Made by a program: the position numbers and the translations under genes
Source: Lingula anatina
Taxonomy: Eukaryota; Animalia; Brachiopoda
NCBI GenBank assembly: GCA_051362555.1
Contig: CM120640.1
Span: forward strand, 15,500,001-15,564,000
Length of the DNA stretch: 64,000 bases
Direction of reading: 5' to 3'
Part shown: in pieces, positions 35,084-50,000 of the stretch
Layout: each line of letters begins with the position of its first letter
How positions within the stretch are numbered: position 1 is the first letter of the stretch
Notes under the pieces: model-generated
What the model saw: the letters and a program-made list of their open reading frames with translations, nothing else
Told to the model about the DNA's origin: nothing
Databases searched by the model: none

Positions 35084-37526
35084 CACTAGTGGGCCTGATT
35101 TGATCTTAAAGTGCAATTTCAGTCTAACACTAGACTGAACCGGTCTTAAAAATTAAGGAGGGACTCTTAATTTAGTCTTAAGACTAAAAACAAACTTAAA
35201 CTGCAGTGAATAAGACTATAATTGGTCTAAATTCAACTGAAGTGGCAAAGCAATTATCTCCCCACACACATTCAGACCAAACTTGGACTTACTCTCCAGC
35301 CAGACAGGTGAAGATAACAATCAAGTAGAGGGCCATTGTGTGAGTAGCAAAGGGTGGTCTCTTGGCAAGTAAGTGCTAATTGCCTAATTGATAAGGGTGA
35401 TTCAGATACTGTCTCAGATAATTTCTAAAGCAAGGAAAGATTTGGTTGTGGAAGTACTAGTGCAGCATACTTTTAATGTTTTGACATAAGAGCTTATAGT
35501 TTTGAAAGCATTAACAAACAAGGTACATTTATTTTAAAATTAGACATGACCTTTTATTTGTCACAAACAATTGAAAAGTCACTTCAATCTAACATAAAAA
35601 TGCATGGGCGTAACTAGGCATACGCACGGATGCACTGTGCGTACAATTTTTTGGCCAACCATGAGATTATTTTATATAAATTTAGTGTATTTTTCACGGA
35701 ATATAAAAGAAAATCCTCTGCTTATTAAAGTCATCTGTATGTACAAATCCTCTGTATCAATTGTATAGGCACAATTGTTCTGACCCCCCCTCCCCGTCTT
35801 GCAATCTGAGGTTTACAATGCCTGTAACCTTAACAAGTCCTATCTTAATCGTCCATCTAACTGGAACTTCCTTTACCTTTATATTGGAGGGTTCAGTGGC
35901 CCTCAACTCTTCTGTACAATCTTTCTTGAGAATATCGAACGCATTCTCACTGGCAATATTTATCTCAGGTAAAAATCTGCCTGAGTGTTATTTTCAAAGA
36001 GCAGCTCGATCCCCTAACCCTGGGGGCACTAGATAAAATCTGGACACCAGGTTTAAGAGGGAGCTAGAGAAACAAATGAAGAATTTTTCCTGCAAAACTT
36101 CAAAGAATTTTGACAGGGACTTGACCCAGCTTACCCCTCCAAACTAACAGGGTGACATGGGCAATTTTTACAAACATATAATTAAACTTAGATGTATCAG
36201 AGCTCTGTCGTGTCGTTTTGGGGCGCCATGCATCCACATGTAAGGTGAATGAAACCGTATGTTACTTCAACTCAGAGGTGGATCCAGGATTTTTCGAAGG
36301 GGGTTCCACATATGCGAAGCTAGCCTCCTTTTAAATAAATATACCGTTCTTGGTAATAAGAATATTGAAGCCTTTTTAATTGCGAAAATATTTCTGACTA
36401 AATGATGATTTTATTATTAATGGAAATTAAGCTGCGGTGTGTGGTACATATGCTGTAATTACGCTGTCCTTCATCTCCTGCGTTAGTCTACATTTTGCTG
36501 GGAATTTTAAAAATCTGTGCGTACAATTTTTAAAGGTCTGGTTACGCCCCTGAAATGTACAGCTTTAATTTTATTTAAAACCACATTATACCACAGGAAT
36601 TTTATGTTAGAATTTGATATTCAAAACAATATATATGTATTTCTTGATTTTTGCCTTTGAAGGAAGTTTTTCTCTCTTTTTTCTTTCTTTGATTTTTCTG
36701 ATCAAAAAACATTTTATCAAACATTGATAAACCAAATAAAATCACCATCTATAGCTGTTACAAAGGGTTTGCTAATATCACTGAGTGGTACCATTTCGTT
36801 TCCCTGGAATTTATTTTTTGAAAAAAAGAAATCCAGTTCTTTCTGAGGTGGGGAAAAAATATCTAACAAGACCCACACTGTTTCACAATGTCTGTATAAG
36901 TCTGACAGCCTTCCAAAGTGAATTACTCCTCCTCTGCTGTAGCTATGTACAGTTGGAGTTCTTGTGTAAATACTAAATGTCAAAACCTTTTAATAAAGAA
37001 AAATTGTGAAAATGTATGCTACATTTCCCCTGCTTTAGAAATTATCTGAGATAGTATCTGATTCACCCTTTAGATATATATCAAAATCAAAGAAAGAGAA
37101 AAGAAAGAAAGGAAGACTTCCTTCAAAACAACATTAAAAGTATGCTGCACTAGTACTTCCACAACCAAGTCTTTCCTTGCTTTAGAAATTATCTGAGACA
37201 GTATCTGAATCACCCTTATCAATTAGGCAATTAGCACTTACTTGCCAAGAGACCACCCTTTGCTACTCACACAATGGCCCTCTACTTGATTGTTATCTTC
37301 ACCTGTCTGGCTGGAGAGTAAGTCCAAGTTTGGTCTGAATGTGTGTGGGGAGATAATTGCTTTGCCACTTCAGTTGAATTTAGACCAATTATAGTCTTAC
37401 TCACTGCAGTTTAAGTTTGTTTTTAGTCTTAAGACTAAATTAAGAGTCCCTCCTTAATTTTTAAGACCGGTTCAGTCTAGTGTTAGACTGAAATTGCACT
37501 TTAAGATCAAATCAGGCCCACTAGTG
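35084..37526. mobile_element. Foldback-type non-autonomous DNA transposon with CACTA termini and 397-bp inverted arms (35084-35480 / 37130-37526)
   Basis: Arms are almost identical (two mismatches seen). Ends are CACTAGTG, AAA flanks both sides, and there is no transposase ORF inside. Confidence 0.75.
35603..36552. mobile_element. TIR element nested inside the foldback
   Basis: CATGGGCGTAAC / GTTACGCCCCTG termini with AAATG on both flanks (5-bp TSD). Confidence 0.5.
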
Positions 37527-38043
37527 AAAATATTCAAAAATTAAAATAGCAATTGGAGTAATGTTATCATCTACAAACATAAGTATCTAAAATATCTCCA
37601 ATGTAAAAACTGAATCACATTACTATTTTGTTATACGAAAGTTAAATGTATAACACTTGAAAAAATACAACTCCACATCATAAAACTTTAGTCATTGTGG
37701 TACATTCATTACTTGGTTCTTTAAAAAATATGTACATATACCAACACCTGCAAAACCTTGCATCTATCTGTAAATTGTACCTTTGTATCCCCAGGTGATG
37801 AAATGTGTACATAATATGAATATCAACATTTTAAGTTGACAATTTCAAATGGTAAATATAACTACTCTGTCTTTTATCCTAACAATGATGAGCCCTTATT
37901 TGTTAAAATGTAAACAAAATGTTTTTTTTTTCTATTCACAGAAAATAAACATACATGCCATTCATTAAAATTAGACTGGAAAGACTAAGCAGTGTATGAA
38001 TGTCTGTATTCATTCTGATACATGTTAGCAAGTGTCCATGCAG

Positions 38044-41000
38044 TCAATTTCTTTTTTTCTTAGTAGCTGATGATGCAGTTTCTGTAATATTTCTCTTCCT
38101 GTTTTTCCCACCATCTGAGATCTCTGGTTTTATGGCAAATGTGAGACATAATTAAGGCAAAATGCTGATGACAAACTTCTAAATATATTTCCAGTATTTA
38201 AATAAATCAATTTGCACTTCATATCTTTTTAATCCACAATATTTGTTTACAGTATTCAATGAATTATCAAATGTTAAATTAACCTTACTGGTTTGTGTGG
38301 ACAGTTGCTGAGAAGAGAAGAATGTTCTAATAATTTACAGCAGAATCACTAAGAAATTCATCCAAAAGAAGCATTAAATACAATAAAAGGATATGAATCG
38401 ACGTCAATCTTCTGCTGTAGAAGGCCAGTCAGAAGAAACTCTGGGCTTACACAAGGGATTCCCATATCACTAACGGCTTTGAAGTTCTTTGTTTCTTCAT
38501 TCTCCCCAACTATGACAAAAATGTTATCCCCCACTTTCTTTGGCATTGTGGCCAAATACTGCCCTCCTGCACACTTGACTATCTCTGGAAAAGGAAAACT
38601 GCTAGGTTAATAATTTTACTTCAATTACCCTCTGATGAGATATTTACTTGATTGTTGTTTTTGACATGCAGTTACATGTCAAACAGATAGACAAGGTGTT
38701 CATACCATGCTGACCTATAATTACAATCATGAATGCTCCAAGCATAAACTTTTTTTTACATCACTTTAGCAACTGATCCTAGACTATAAATATCAGTAAA
38801 TAGTAAAATGTTACTTTTTGCCACCACTATTACAGGTGTTTTTGTTTTGTATTTGCATAATTAAACCTGTATTATCTGACAACATTGTAGCATTTACGAA
38901 CTTGCAAGTTCATACACAGTAGACGTAGAGAAGACCCAGACACTGTGGTAAAAGTCAGATACATCACTCCTCAGCAAGGTTCACATGACATCCTCTAGTT
39001 TTTAAACTGGTAACAATTACATGCATTTCACTGACTTGAGGTATCTCTATCACTTATTCTAAGATAAGAAACAAAATAGGATCATGTTTTTCTTCTTTAT
39101 CTCTGCATTCCATACCTTTGATATCAGCAGGTGGCGGTGCTGTCGACTTAGTTGCATGAATCTTACACCCAGTCAATAAAGGACGCATGGCAGCTTTCTG
39201 AATGGAATCCCTAAGGTTGAACTTAAACTTCTGTTCTGCTGCTCCATCCTTTACCAGAAAAGGGTGGGCATCTGAAAGACAGCATCAATGGGATTCAAAT
39301 AAAGGAAAATTTTATAGGGCAGCCATTTTCCAAACAAATTTCATGTTTAAATTTGTAATATTCAGATAAATGTCTACTGCTTACTTTCAACTGTCAGCTA
39401 ACTTTATTTAGCAGCTCTGCATAGTTCAGAATTATTCAGAACCTTATTGCCATGTCACCATTATAGAGTCCATTTACCAATAAATGTATGTGCATCTTTG
39501 CATCTGTCAATCCACTCAATGGACACAATGGGGATCCCTCTGCCCAAGGCACACAAGAATTTCAGTGTTCTTCTTACCTATCAATAATATTGTTTCTATA
39601 ATGGCATAAGAACATATTTGCCCCCCAAATTTCTTTAAATCTCAAGATACCCCCCTCCCCAATTATGACATATCATGACCAAAATGACTTCTCAAATTAC
39701 TGCATTTTTGGGCATTTAAAAAATTAAAATTTAACTGCTGGCAGTTTTTTTAGTAGGCTGCATGTCATAGAAAATTTAAATATGTATATCTGCAAGCATT
39801 TCTTGGAACTTGTTCTCCACCAACCATTTTCAAGACTGACCTACTGAATTTGTATGAAGTTAGTCACCACTCCTCAACTGTCACAGTTAACTGTAATCTT
39901 TTATAAAATCATGAATAAGCCACAACTTACTTTGTCTGTGACAAGGTGTGTGCAATCCTGAATGGAATGGACTAACTCCCCACCAAGGTTTTTGATAGTC
40001 TAAAATAGAAATCTTATCATATTGGACACAGGTTTTTTATTCCTTGTCGCTTAAATGTAGCAGTCTCTTCAAACTAGATGGCTCACATAATTTTTCTTAT
40101 CTTTATCAGAAAAACCACAGAATAAGAATAAAAGATTACTAAAAAAAAAGAAATAACAATACTGAACTCACCTTACTTCCATCTTCATCAAGCACTCCAG
40201 TAAACATAATCTTTGGCTTGGTAAATGTTCTATGTCTGAGACTGGGAGATTCAATGGTCTGGGAGGTATCATGCTCTCTAGCTGGCGTTCCAAGGGAAGT
40301 TCTTTTGTTTCTTTTAGAACCAGTATCTCGGGAATCATTCTTAGAAAGGCAAAATTTGAGTATACTGTAATTTTGTGAATCTAGTAAGTTGATTTAAAAA
40401 CAACCCCAAACAAAGTGTCAAAGCTGTGGATAATAAATACAGTGTTTAATACTGGACAATCTTATTTCTTAAAAATAATCAAATTCAATATATTAATGAG
40501 GCAAAGATCAGAAGAAGCCTCGCCTGTTTCACTAATATTCAAGATATTTAGTGGCCCACGTCATAAGTTTTTCACTTACACTTGACTGACTGTCAGAGGA
40601 CAGGTCTCTTTTCTTCCTGCCAACTCTCTCTGGTTCAATCAAAATTGATTCTTCTGATTTATTCCGGGCTGAGGCCCTTTGCCCCCTTGTAGTTTGCACT
40701 GGAATCTCTTCAGGTTTGACAAAGCCCTCTTTTTTCTGTTCTACCTTGGCAGACGCCTGCCTGCTACGGGCACTTCTAGTAGCTGCTGGGGTTTCATCAT
40801 TTACTGCAGGTTCAATAGTCATATTATCTCTACCTGCTGATTTTTGTTTTGTCCTACTTTTTCTCACCGTTTTTGATGTTTGATTTTCTGTAATATGGGT
40901 GTCCCTCTTGTTAGGAGAAGGCCCTTTCAACTGTTCATCTTTGTTCTCTTCTGAAACATTTATACTGGCTACACAGCTTTGTCTTTGTCTCTTGTTCCTG

Positions 41001-44000
41001 CCTCCTGTCCTTGTTGATGTCTCAGGTGCTGCAATACTAATAGATGTCAGTTTACTCTCACTTTCTTTTTGTTTTATATCTGCAGCCTTCTTTGGCCTCT
41101 CTGCTGAATCATTTTCTTGCTTCTCCTTGCTAGAATGACCCCTACTGGATCTTCTTACAGAAGATGATAGTTCATCAGACACCTCTGAAGCATTGTCTGT
41201 TCTATCTGAATCTTGTTCATCTGTATTTCTGTTTGTCCCCAAGCTTCTTGATCTTCTGGTACTTGACTGAGGCTTTTCCACATGGTCTGCTTTTTCCACC
41301 TTACTTTTCTGTTCTTTCTGTTTTACTGCTGTCCTGCTTTGGGCCCCTCTGGTTCTAGTTGGAAGCTCCGTTTCTGAATTTGTTCCACTACTTGCCACTA
41401 CTTCATCATTCTGTTGAGATCTTAAGGCCTTTGTTTTTGACTTAGAACTATGGAGATCTTCCAAATTCTTGTTTTCATTTTCAGTCTGAATTGGGGATGC
41501 TAAACTTCTTTTACCTCTATTTTTTCTCCCTTTAGATGTATTGCCGTCTTCTGCATTTCCTTTACTATTGTTCTCCTCTCCATTAGTCTCATCCTTGAAA
41601 GTTAAACTTTTCTTACCTCCTGTTTTCTTTTCTAATTGTTTAACATTTTGTTCTGAATTTAATGTTTTGTCCTCTTCTTCAACTATGGGCTGCTTCTTAA
41701 ATGTGAGACTTTTTCTAACTCTAGATTTCTTTCCATCTGTCAAATTAGCTTCTTCTGAATTTCTTTCCTTATTTGGTTGAATACCACTCCTTCTTGTTCT
41801 AGAACTTCTGACTTTGGACTCCGAAGCCTTTTCTTTAGAAACCTGTGTTACATACTCTGTTTTTGGACCACCTTTTTCCACTGCAATTTGGGCTAAGTCC
41901 TCATCCACATCAGTCTGTAAAGAACTTTCGTTTTTGTGTTCTTTTGAGTAATCACTTGATAAATTCGCATTTTGTTCAAAATCACTCTTTCCAACACTCT
42001 TTCTCCCAGGGTTAACCCTGCTTTTTCCTTGAATTTCTGTTTCTTCATTTGGTTGAACTGATTTCAAAGTTACCTTATCTTGCTTTCCTTTGACATTTAC
42101 TTGAGATGTACATATTTCCGTTCCAGCATCAGCCTCTTTTCTGTTACGAACACTTGATCTTTTTTCCCTTCCACTATTTTTTTGAGTAATTGAGACATCA
42201 TTACTATCAAATGGCTTTTTCTCAATCTTTTGTCTGGTACTTTTTCTTCTTCCTGGTTGTTCACTCCCCTCTGATGTACTTTCATCCTCTTCCAGTTTAT
42301 TTAATGGGGACTTAGACCTTCTTCCTTGACTTCTTCCTTCAACAGAAGCTGCTGAACACCTAACTGATTCCTGAACTGCAATAACTGGGGACATAAAATC
42401 AGACTCCTCTTTTGTCTCATCTAGATCATTTGATGAGGATTCTCCCTTTAATGGGGTTTGCATATCTTTCTCTGCAACTCCCTCAGGTTTTGAAACAGAC
42501 TCTGAAAACGAGGAGGCTATGTTTTAATCAGCATTAGAATGTCTGCCCGAGGGTCCGTTTGTCAGTGGGCAATAAATCTCAAAAAGTTTTTGCACAAATT
42601 TTGATGACATTTTCCAGACAGATAGTTACAAGCTCATGAAGGAAAAAGTGATAATAATTTCAACTGAATCTCATTCTCCTCATAGATTAATTTAACAATT
42701 TCTATTGCCTAGATGGAGCTTAACACTTGGGAGTGCTCTTTACATACCTATTTTGTTTTTTTCTCCATGCAGTGAATTGTTGGTGGGTATTGGGATAATA
42801 GAATGGAGGAGCGTCTCATCATCAGATTCATCACTTTCAGGAATCTTCTAAAAATGCAAAAAAGTGAAACAAAAGTTTTTGTTTAAGATAAATTTCCATT
42901 GAATGTTTTAGTTGGTTTATAAGTAGCAGCATGTAAATTACACTTGTAAGCAAAGAAATTATCTTAACTGTGACAACTATACAATTCTAATATATATTCA
43001 ATGCAACTGTGTAAATGATTGATGTTTTAACATAAAAATCTTCATATTAAACATGATTTGGTGTTCAGTAAACTATCATAAGACTGGAAAGAAAGCATGA
43101 AAGAGGCTCAGAATACTTTATGCCATGTAGCAGTCAATGTCCATGTTATGTAGCTTCACACAAAAATACACTAATTATGCTAAAGTGACTGCAGATAGGA
43201 AATACCTACTTCTTCTTGGAGTCCATATGCCTGAGTAGCTTCTAGCTCAACCCTCTTGATTTCATCTGACTTATCAGTCCCTTTTGCAAGATCATAACCC
43301 TGAATTTCTGCACAGCCATGATCCTGTGTTCCTTCTACTGTTATAGGTTGTGTAGAATCATCAGATTCGCTAGGATGTGAATCTTCTACTCCATAACTTT
43401 GTGTTGCCTCACTGGCGCCATACACTTGTGTGGGCTCTATATCTTCATAGGCAACAGTTTCTTCCAAAGAAGCATTGTCAGAAGTATTCCTGTCTGCACA
43501 TACCTCATTTTTTTCAGGGGTGCCACTTACAGGAGAGGTTTTACCATTGGAATTTGTGCAACTTGTGTGTGTTCCTGTGTCCTTTATTTCATCAGATTTA
43601 GGTTGTAAGGTGATCCCATAAGCTTGGGTAGGTTCCAAAGCTTCAGCATCATCAACCTCGTATGGCTGCGTGGCATCTGCATCATCTGTGTAGCCATTTC
43701 CACTCATGGCAGAACTACCATTTAGATTCTTTTTTCCAAGAGAAAACACCTCAATATTACCCTCACCAACAACCTGAGTAGGTGAACATGCACTGTACTC
43801 TTGGGTTGCGTCAACAAAATATGGCTGTGTCTCACCAGTAGCCTCAGCATCATCGACCGGTTTTGAAGCCATTTTGGAGTAGATTTCAGGACTGTTACTA
43901 TCTGCCAAAGTTGGTGCTGTCATGTCAGCAAATGCTCGAGTTTCTTGATTGCTGATTCCATCTTCGCCTGGACTCTGTGGTACTAGTCGGTTCAAAGCAG

Positions 44001-47000
44001 GCTTACCTGCAGCAGCACTGGAATGAACTGGACTTTTCTCAAAGCTGCTTGTTACTGCCAGGGTGCTAAAAGAGTTATCTGATTGGGCTGTTTCTTCTGA
44101 ATGGTTGGTTTCTTCGAGTCTCATATGATCTTTTCCAATATTTGCACCATCTTTGTTATGATCTTGTGGGTAAAGTCTTTTCAGGGTTGGAGCACCTCTG
44201 GCTAGGTGTACCTGATCAGGACTTTTAACCGGGCTAGCAGACACAGGCAGGGTGCTGGCATCTGATTCTGTGCCTTCTTCTGTTGTGTACATTTGTGTAG
44301 GCTGTTCATCAAAGGAAACACTAAGCTTTTTCCCTTTACCTCTGTGCACTGAAACACTTCTATCATCACTTGAATCAGAGGTAAAAGAAGACATTCTGGT
44401 AGATTCTGCCTTTGCCTGAATTCCTTCCACAAAAGTTTGTGTGTTATCTACATCATAAACCATAGTAGGTTCATCATGGATATCCCTTCTTTTTGACGAA
44501 CTTAAATCCTGACAAATGCTGTCTTTAACATCTTCCTCAAACAACTGAGTGGCACTGGGAGCTTTATGCACACTGACTAAGTCTTTCTTGTCCTCTCCAT
44601 CAGGGAAAGCTTGCGTTGCTGCCTCAAATACATATGACCTGTTGTCATCTGATTCCTCTGTCAAAGATAAACAATAGGAGAATACCTGCTTCAGTTTTTT
44701 GGGTGTGACAGATCATTTAATGTCTGGGGTTCTTCTACACATTTAGATTGTACACGATTACATTGCATTACTTTACTCATACCTTAATTTGTCTCACACA
44801 ATTAGACAAACTTGTTGAAGTAGTAGCTGGCCTAATACTATTTTTAACTCTTAATATTAAATTATTTAAGGCTAGATTCAAATAAACCATTCAGAAAGCA
44901 CTGTACATGTTAACAAAAAACAAAATTTTGTTCTGTATTTTGCAAAGCTTGTTATATTTGCAAAAGTATCAGAAAAGCTGACATGACTATGACTGATGTC
45001 AGTTCAATAAAATTCTTTAAATATTGGGAAATAATGTAATCTAAAAAGGGTCTCACCATCTACATCACTCTCTTCTACAAATTCTGCACCAAACACTCCT
45101 GGTTGAGAGGCAGACTTCGAAATTTCCAACTCGGATTCTCCAACATCTGTAAACATTTCTTTAAAATCATAACAACTAAAACTTCTTGAATCAGAAAGAT
45201 ACATTACAAAGTATGATAGCCTATGCTTTCTTACTTCTACCACTGAAAGATGCCATTGATAGCATGTGACTGAAAAAGATCAATAATCTTAAATACTTAC
45301 ATTCTTCATAGAGGAGCGTTTGCTGGATTTCCAAAGGTTTGTTTACCATGTTATCTTGAAAATATAAATGAAAACATTCCTTAAAATAAAAGGCATAATA
45401 CAGTTTAGCAGTGCATAATTTCATCAAGCTCTATTAGGACTAGTGGTACACTATAAAGGGTGTTGTGAGGAATTATTAAAAAGATGTTTACCACAATTTA
45501 ATTCTTTCCCATATCTTTATATCCAAAAAGACTGAGAAATATTTTCTCTTCATACCTGGTTTACTGGCAAAAGGAGTTTCTGCAACTGCATTGTTGTTTC
45601 CTTGCAAAATTTTCATTTGATCTAAAAGTAAACAATAATGAATTATTCCACTAACTTGGTATATCAACTTGTCACAATTGATGCACTTCTGCTGTCACTC
45701 ATATAAGAGTTGTTTATTTTGAATACATTTGTGCGTGTGTGTCACATAAGACATTTACTGACTCATTAATTCTGATAACTAACCTTTGCCATCCTCAGCA
45801 TCACTTTGGTCTGACTCTGCAACTAAAACTTTCTCTTCTTCTTGTACCTGATTCAAAGGGAATAAAATATACCAATCTATGTGTCTAATTTAGGTTGACC
45901 TGGTAGCAGTGTATAAAATAACTACTTAACCCCTTAAAGTAATGCAAATGTAGCTTGATGAAAACACATGTAACATTAAACCTTGTGCAGCAAACTTAAT
46001 ATTACATTAATATTAGAGACTATTCCCAGAGACTATTGTACTAACTTTGGATTGAGGGGGTTCTCGCTTAATTGCAATTAACTTGGGCGGCTTAGATGTC
46101 TGTCACACCTACTGAGGCTGTTAGGGGTATTTAAGTATCGTTTAGCAGCTTTAGTGGGCGTCCCAGACGTCTAAGCAGCTTGGGCTGAAAGCAATTTAGC
46201 GAGGGACCCCGTGGAGATGGAGCGATCCTGTTAGATCGATCTACACATACATAACTTATATCCCTATGCAGAAAAATTAGATACAAGTTAAACCACCTAT
46301 TACCCAACTAGCCACTATCACTGTGTAGTTAGAAACATAAACCAGATGATACAATAACATTCAAACCTGCTTATCGAAAAAACCAATCCTCTGGCAAAGA
46401 TTACAGCGGACTCAAACTGAGATGCATCTGCATAATCAGATACATAGGTAAACAAATAATAACATGCATAATATGCCTGAAGAAAAGCAAACCTTTACCC
46501 ATGCATCGTATCATTTTACTTACCTGTGTTGGTGGAAGTACGTCACTGCTATTATCATCTTCATCAGTCTCCAGCGTCAGTGGTTTCTGTAGATTTCCTC
46601 TGCTCCAGTCTCCACCTCCAGCCTCTTTCAGTGTAAACATAGATTCTGAGCCAGTTTCCGATCCTGACTCATCTCCAGCTTTAGCCTCCATTGATATAAA
46701 ATGACTTGAGATCTAAAATGAACACATATTTAAAGACAAACTTCTATACAATCATATTGACATGGCACGAATTGGCAAACAGCCAGATCTGCAGTTGGTG
46801 TAATTAAAGCAAATTTGGTGTTATCAAATGTCTTCGAAAAAAATTCAAATATTTTAACTAGTTATAAATGATGACATAATTAATAAAAAAAACTTTTCAC
46901 CAACATTTTTGTTATATATCCATAAAACAATAGCATGAGAGAATATAGTTTTGAAATTTAAGAGGAGGTTAACTTTTACAGTACAAAAGATTTTTATTTG

Positions 47001-50000
47001 GAAATAAGTGTTTGAATGACAAGAAACCTCTTTGGCTTACTTCAGCTTTCTTCAGCTCTTCTGCAATGTAGTACACACAGTCTACATCAGCTAAAGTTAA
47101 TTTATCTTCATGCCCAATGTCATATCGTACCTCTGGACAAAGTAGCCTCTAAAACAATCATCAAGAAGTCACTCTATCATAAAGGGCATACAAATGATAA
47201 AGCATTAAGTTAAACATACTTATAAGGCAATTGCAATTAAAAGAAATATTTTTGCTATACAATCAATTTCCTTCTTTGGCAACACAAACTGTTTTAATCA
47301 AATGTTTGCCCTCTTGACTTCACCTATTTTTATGGCATACAAGGCATGTTTAACCCTTTTTTTTAAATCCCAGAAATTGCATGTACATTATATTTCCCCT
47401 TTATTACCAAGGTACAACATATCCAAAACTGGATGCTCTATAAATCCAATTTCCAAGTTCCTAAGTTCTTATTCTTACCATTACAAGTGATATTTACAAC
47501 AAGGGTTTTTCCCAGGATTTGTTCCCAAAATTAACACCTGTAATTTCCTACAAAATTTCAGGGACCCCAAGTATGCCTAAAGCCATCATATTTCAAAAAA
47601 AATCCATAACCCATCCAGCTGATTTTGAAAATATAGGTTGTCCAGTGATGCTGGTGGCCATCCAAATGACGGCAGGACAGTTCCCTGGGAAAACTATTGT
47701 TTGCAACTCTAAATCTCTATTTTGGGAGTGCCTCACAAATTAGAAACTTGAAACTCAAAGATTTGTATATGGATTTCATTCTGCATATAGTTTAAGATAT
47801 GGTATATTTAAGTGAAAAAGGAGAGAGGCTCAGAGCGTCGACATTTTCAAAATTAAATTACTGTCTTATGTTCATTGTTTCACATCTCATACTCACAGAA
47901 CCCTTTCTAGTTTTATTCACGCTGCCTTTGTCATAGATCATGTGGGACAATCCTCTAACTTCAATACAGGCATGCTGCTTGGATAAAGCCTGAAAGACAT
48001 TTCATCAAGAAATTAAAATTAGTAGCCAATATAACTTTAATTATAATAACTCTCTTATAATTGCAATTGCTAATTACACCCAAGTGAGTTTTTTTCTGAA
48101 ATACAAACTTGAAATTTTCTTGCAACATGGTATAATATTTTAGGAGGCTGCAGGGGAGATTTCTATAAAGGATCGATGTGAAAGAATGAAAACATGCATG
48201 CAGTGCAAAAAAAAAAGAGACTAAAATCTTACCTTAATTGGTATGTGAATGTTACATTTGTCTGATTGTCTTCCAATCACATTATCCCCTAAAAAGAACA
48301 TATGCAAACATGTCACAGCACAAGTAAAACAAGGCAGCAAAGCTGTCAAATGTACAGACAAAAAACAGAAAATAAAGATGCAAAATAGGTCATTTTGTCA
48401 ATTTTGATGCAATAATAAATAATGCTTATAATAGCACTGTCAGTCAACACTGAATTCTAATCATGCACAACAGGTACCATGGTCAATAACAGGAGCGAAC
48501 CCAGAGATATTTTCTGATAGTATTCCAAAGTATCTATGTTGATTCATCCCCCATTTTTATGGTCTTCCAACAGAAAAAAAATAGATACCAGTCAATATAA
48601 ACTTAATAACCTGACCGTCTTCCGGAAGACCCAGAAGATGGTCTCAATCCACCTCTTCAATAAGATTACAGTTTCAGGATCATGAGAGTTCAAATTCACA
48701 TGATGAAAGTCTCAATTTTTGAAAAATGATGACAGTGCATAAAATAATATTACATAATGTTTAAAGACATAAAAAACAATACAACTGCTTACGTGGAAAT
48801 AAAGACAAGACAGCACGGTTCTGAAATGTTTTTTTCCCCATTTTTAACAATTTTTTAACATAAAACAAAATAAACAGTTTACTGCCATTTTTATATGATC
48901 AACTAAGAAAATTGATGAGATGGGAAAAATATCAATAGAACAGTCTTAAATGTCCAATTTCCTCCATTCTGAGATTCTGAACATAGTGAATGATTAAATC
49001 TGACAAACTGCAATGATATGAGTTTATTTCCATTTTTGACACTTTTTTACACAATACATGATAACAAGTTTACCATCATTTTTACTAAATCAACTAACAA
49101 TGTTGTAAAGATGCAGGAAATGTCAAACAAACGCTTTTACGTATCTTAGAGCGCATTCTCAACGAATTAAGCCAGGCTTTACAAAGCCGGTGACCTAAAA
49201 ATGGCGGACGTACATGAAAGAAAAACCGCCTAATCTTTTAATAGTCTCTCCGCCTCTCACACGCCTCCCCACACATCGTCCCTGCGGGGTACAGTAATTA
49301 AATCTCGGCTCCGAACATTAATATTTCCGTGAATATCTCTGGTGATATTTTCTCCGTAGATAGTCGATTCATTGCTGCTCTACGGGCCAAATTATTCCTT
49401 TTTCGTCTCTGTTTTCAAAGATAATAGAACAGAAGAGCTTTTTTCCTTCGATCGCCTTCAGCTGCCATGCTTTCTTCACCACGAGTTTAACTGATGAGCA
49501 TGCGCACTTAATATTTCTCAGGTAGCTTCCGCATGGCGAACGGAGACGCGATTTAATTACTGTTCCCCGCAGGGACGACGTGTGGGGAGGCATGTGAGAG
49601 GCGGAGAGACTATTAAAAGATTAGGCGGTTTTTCTTTCATGTACCTCCGCCATTTTTAGGTCACCGGCTTTGTAAAGCCTGGCTTAATTCGTTGAGAATG
49701 CGCTCTTATTAGTTTAATAATGAGACTGTTAACATGCCTAAGAAATGAATCTGAGGAAATGTGAAAAAACAGAATACCTTCAAAAATATTGGCACGATTA
49801 TGCTGGTTTACGAAATCAACATGCATTTTAGCAAAACTGACCACTCCTATGACTTTCATGACAATTGGCCCATCTGTTTTTCTTATATTGTGTTTACAGT
49901 GTTGCATATATGCTGAAAAGTGTAAAAAACAGCATAACTACTAAAATAAGAAGTTTACCATCATTTTTACATAATCAACTAACAATGTTGTAAAGATGCA

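Noticed and set aside
35758-35990. Open minus-strand frame of about 75 codons inside the foldback (captured gene fragment?)
   Set aside because: No start codon and no recognisable family. Not supportable without a search.
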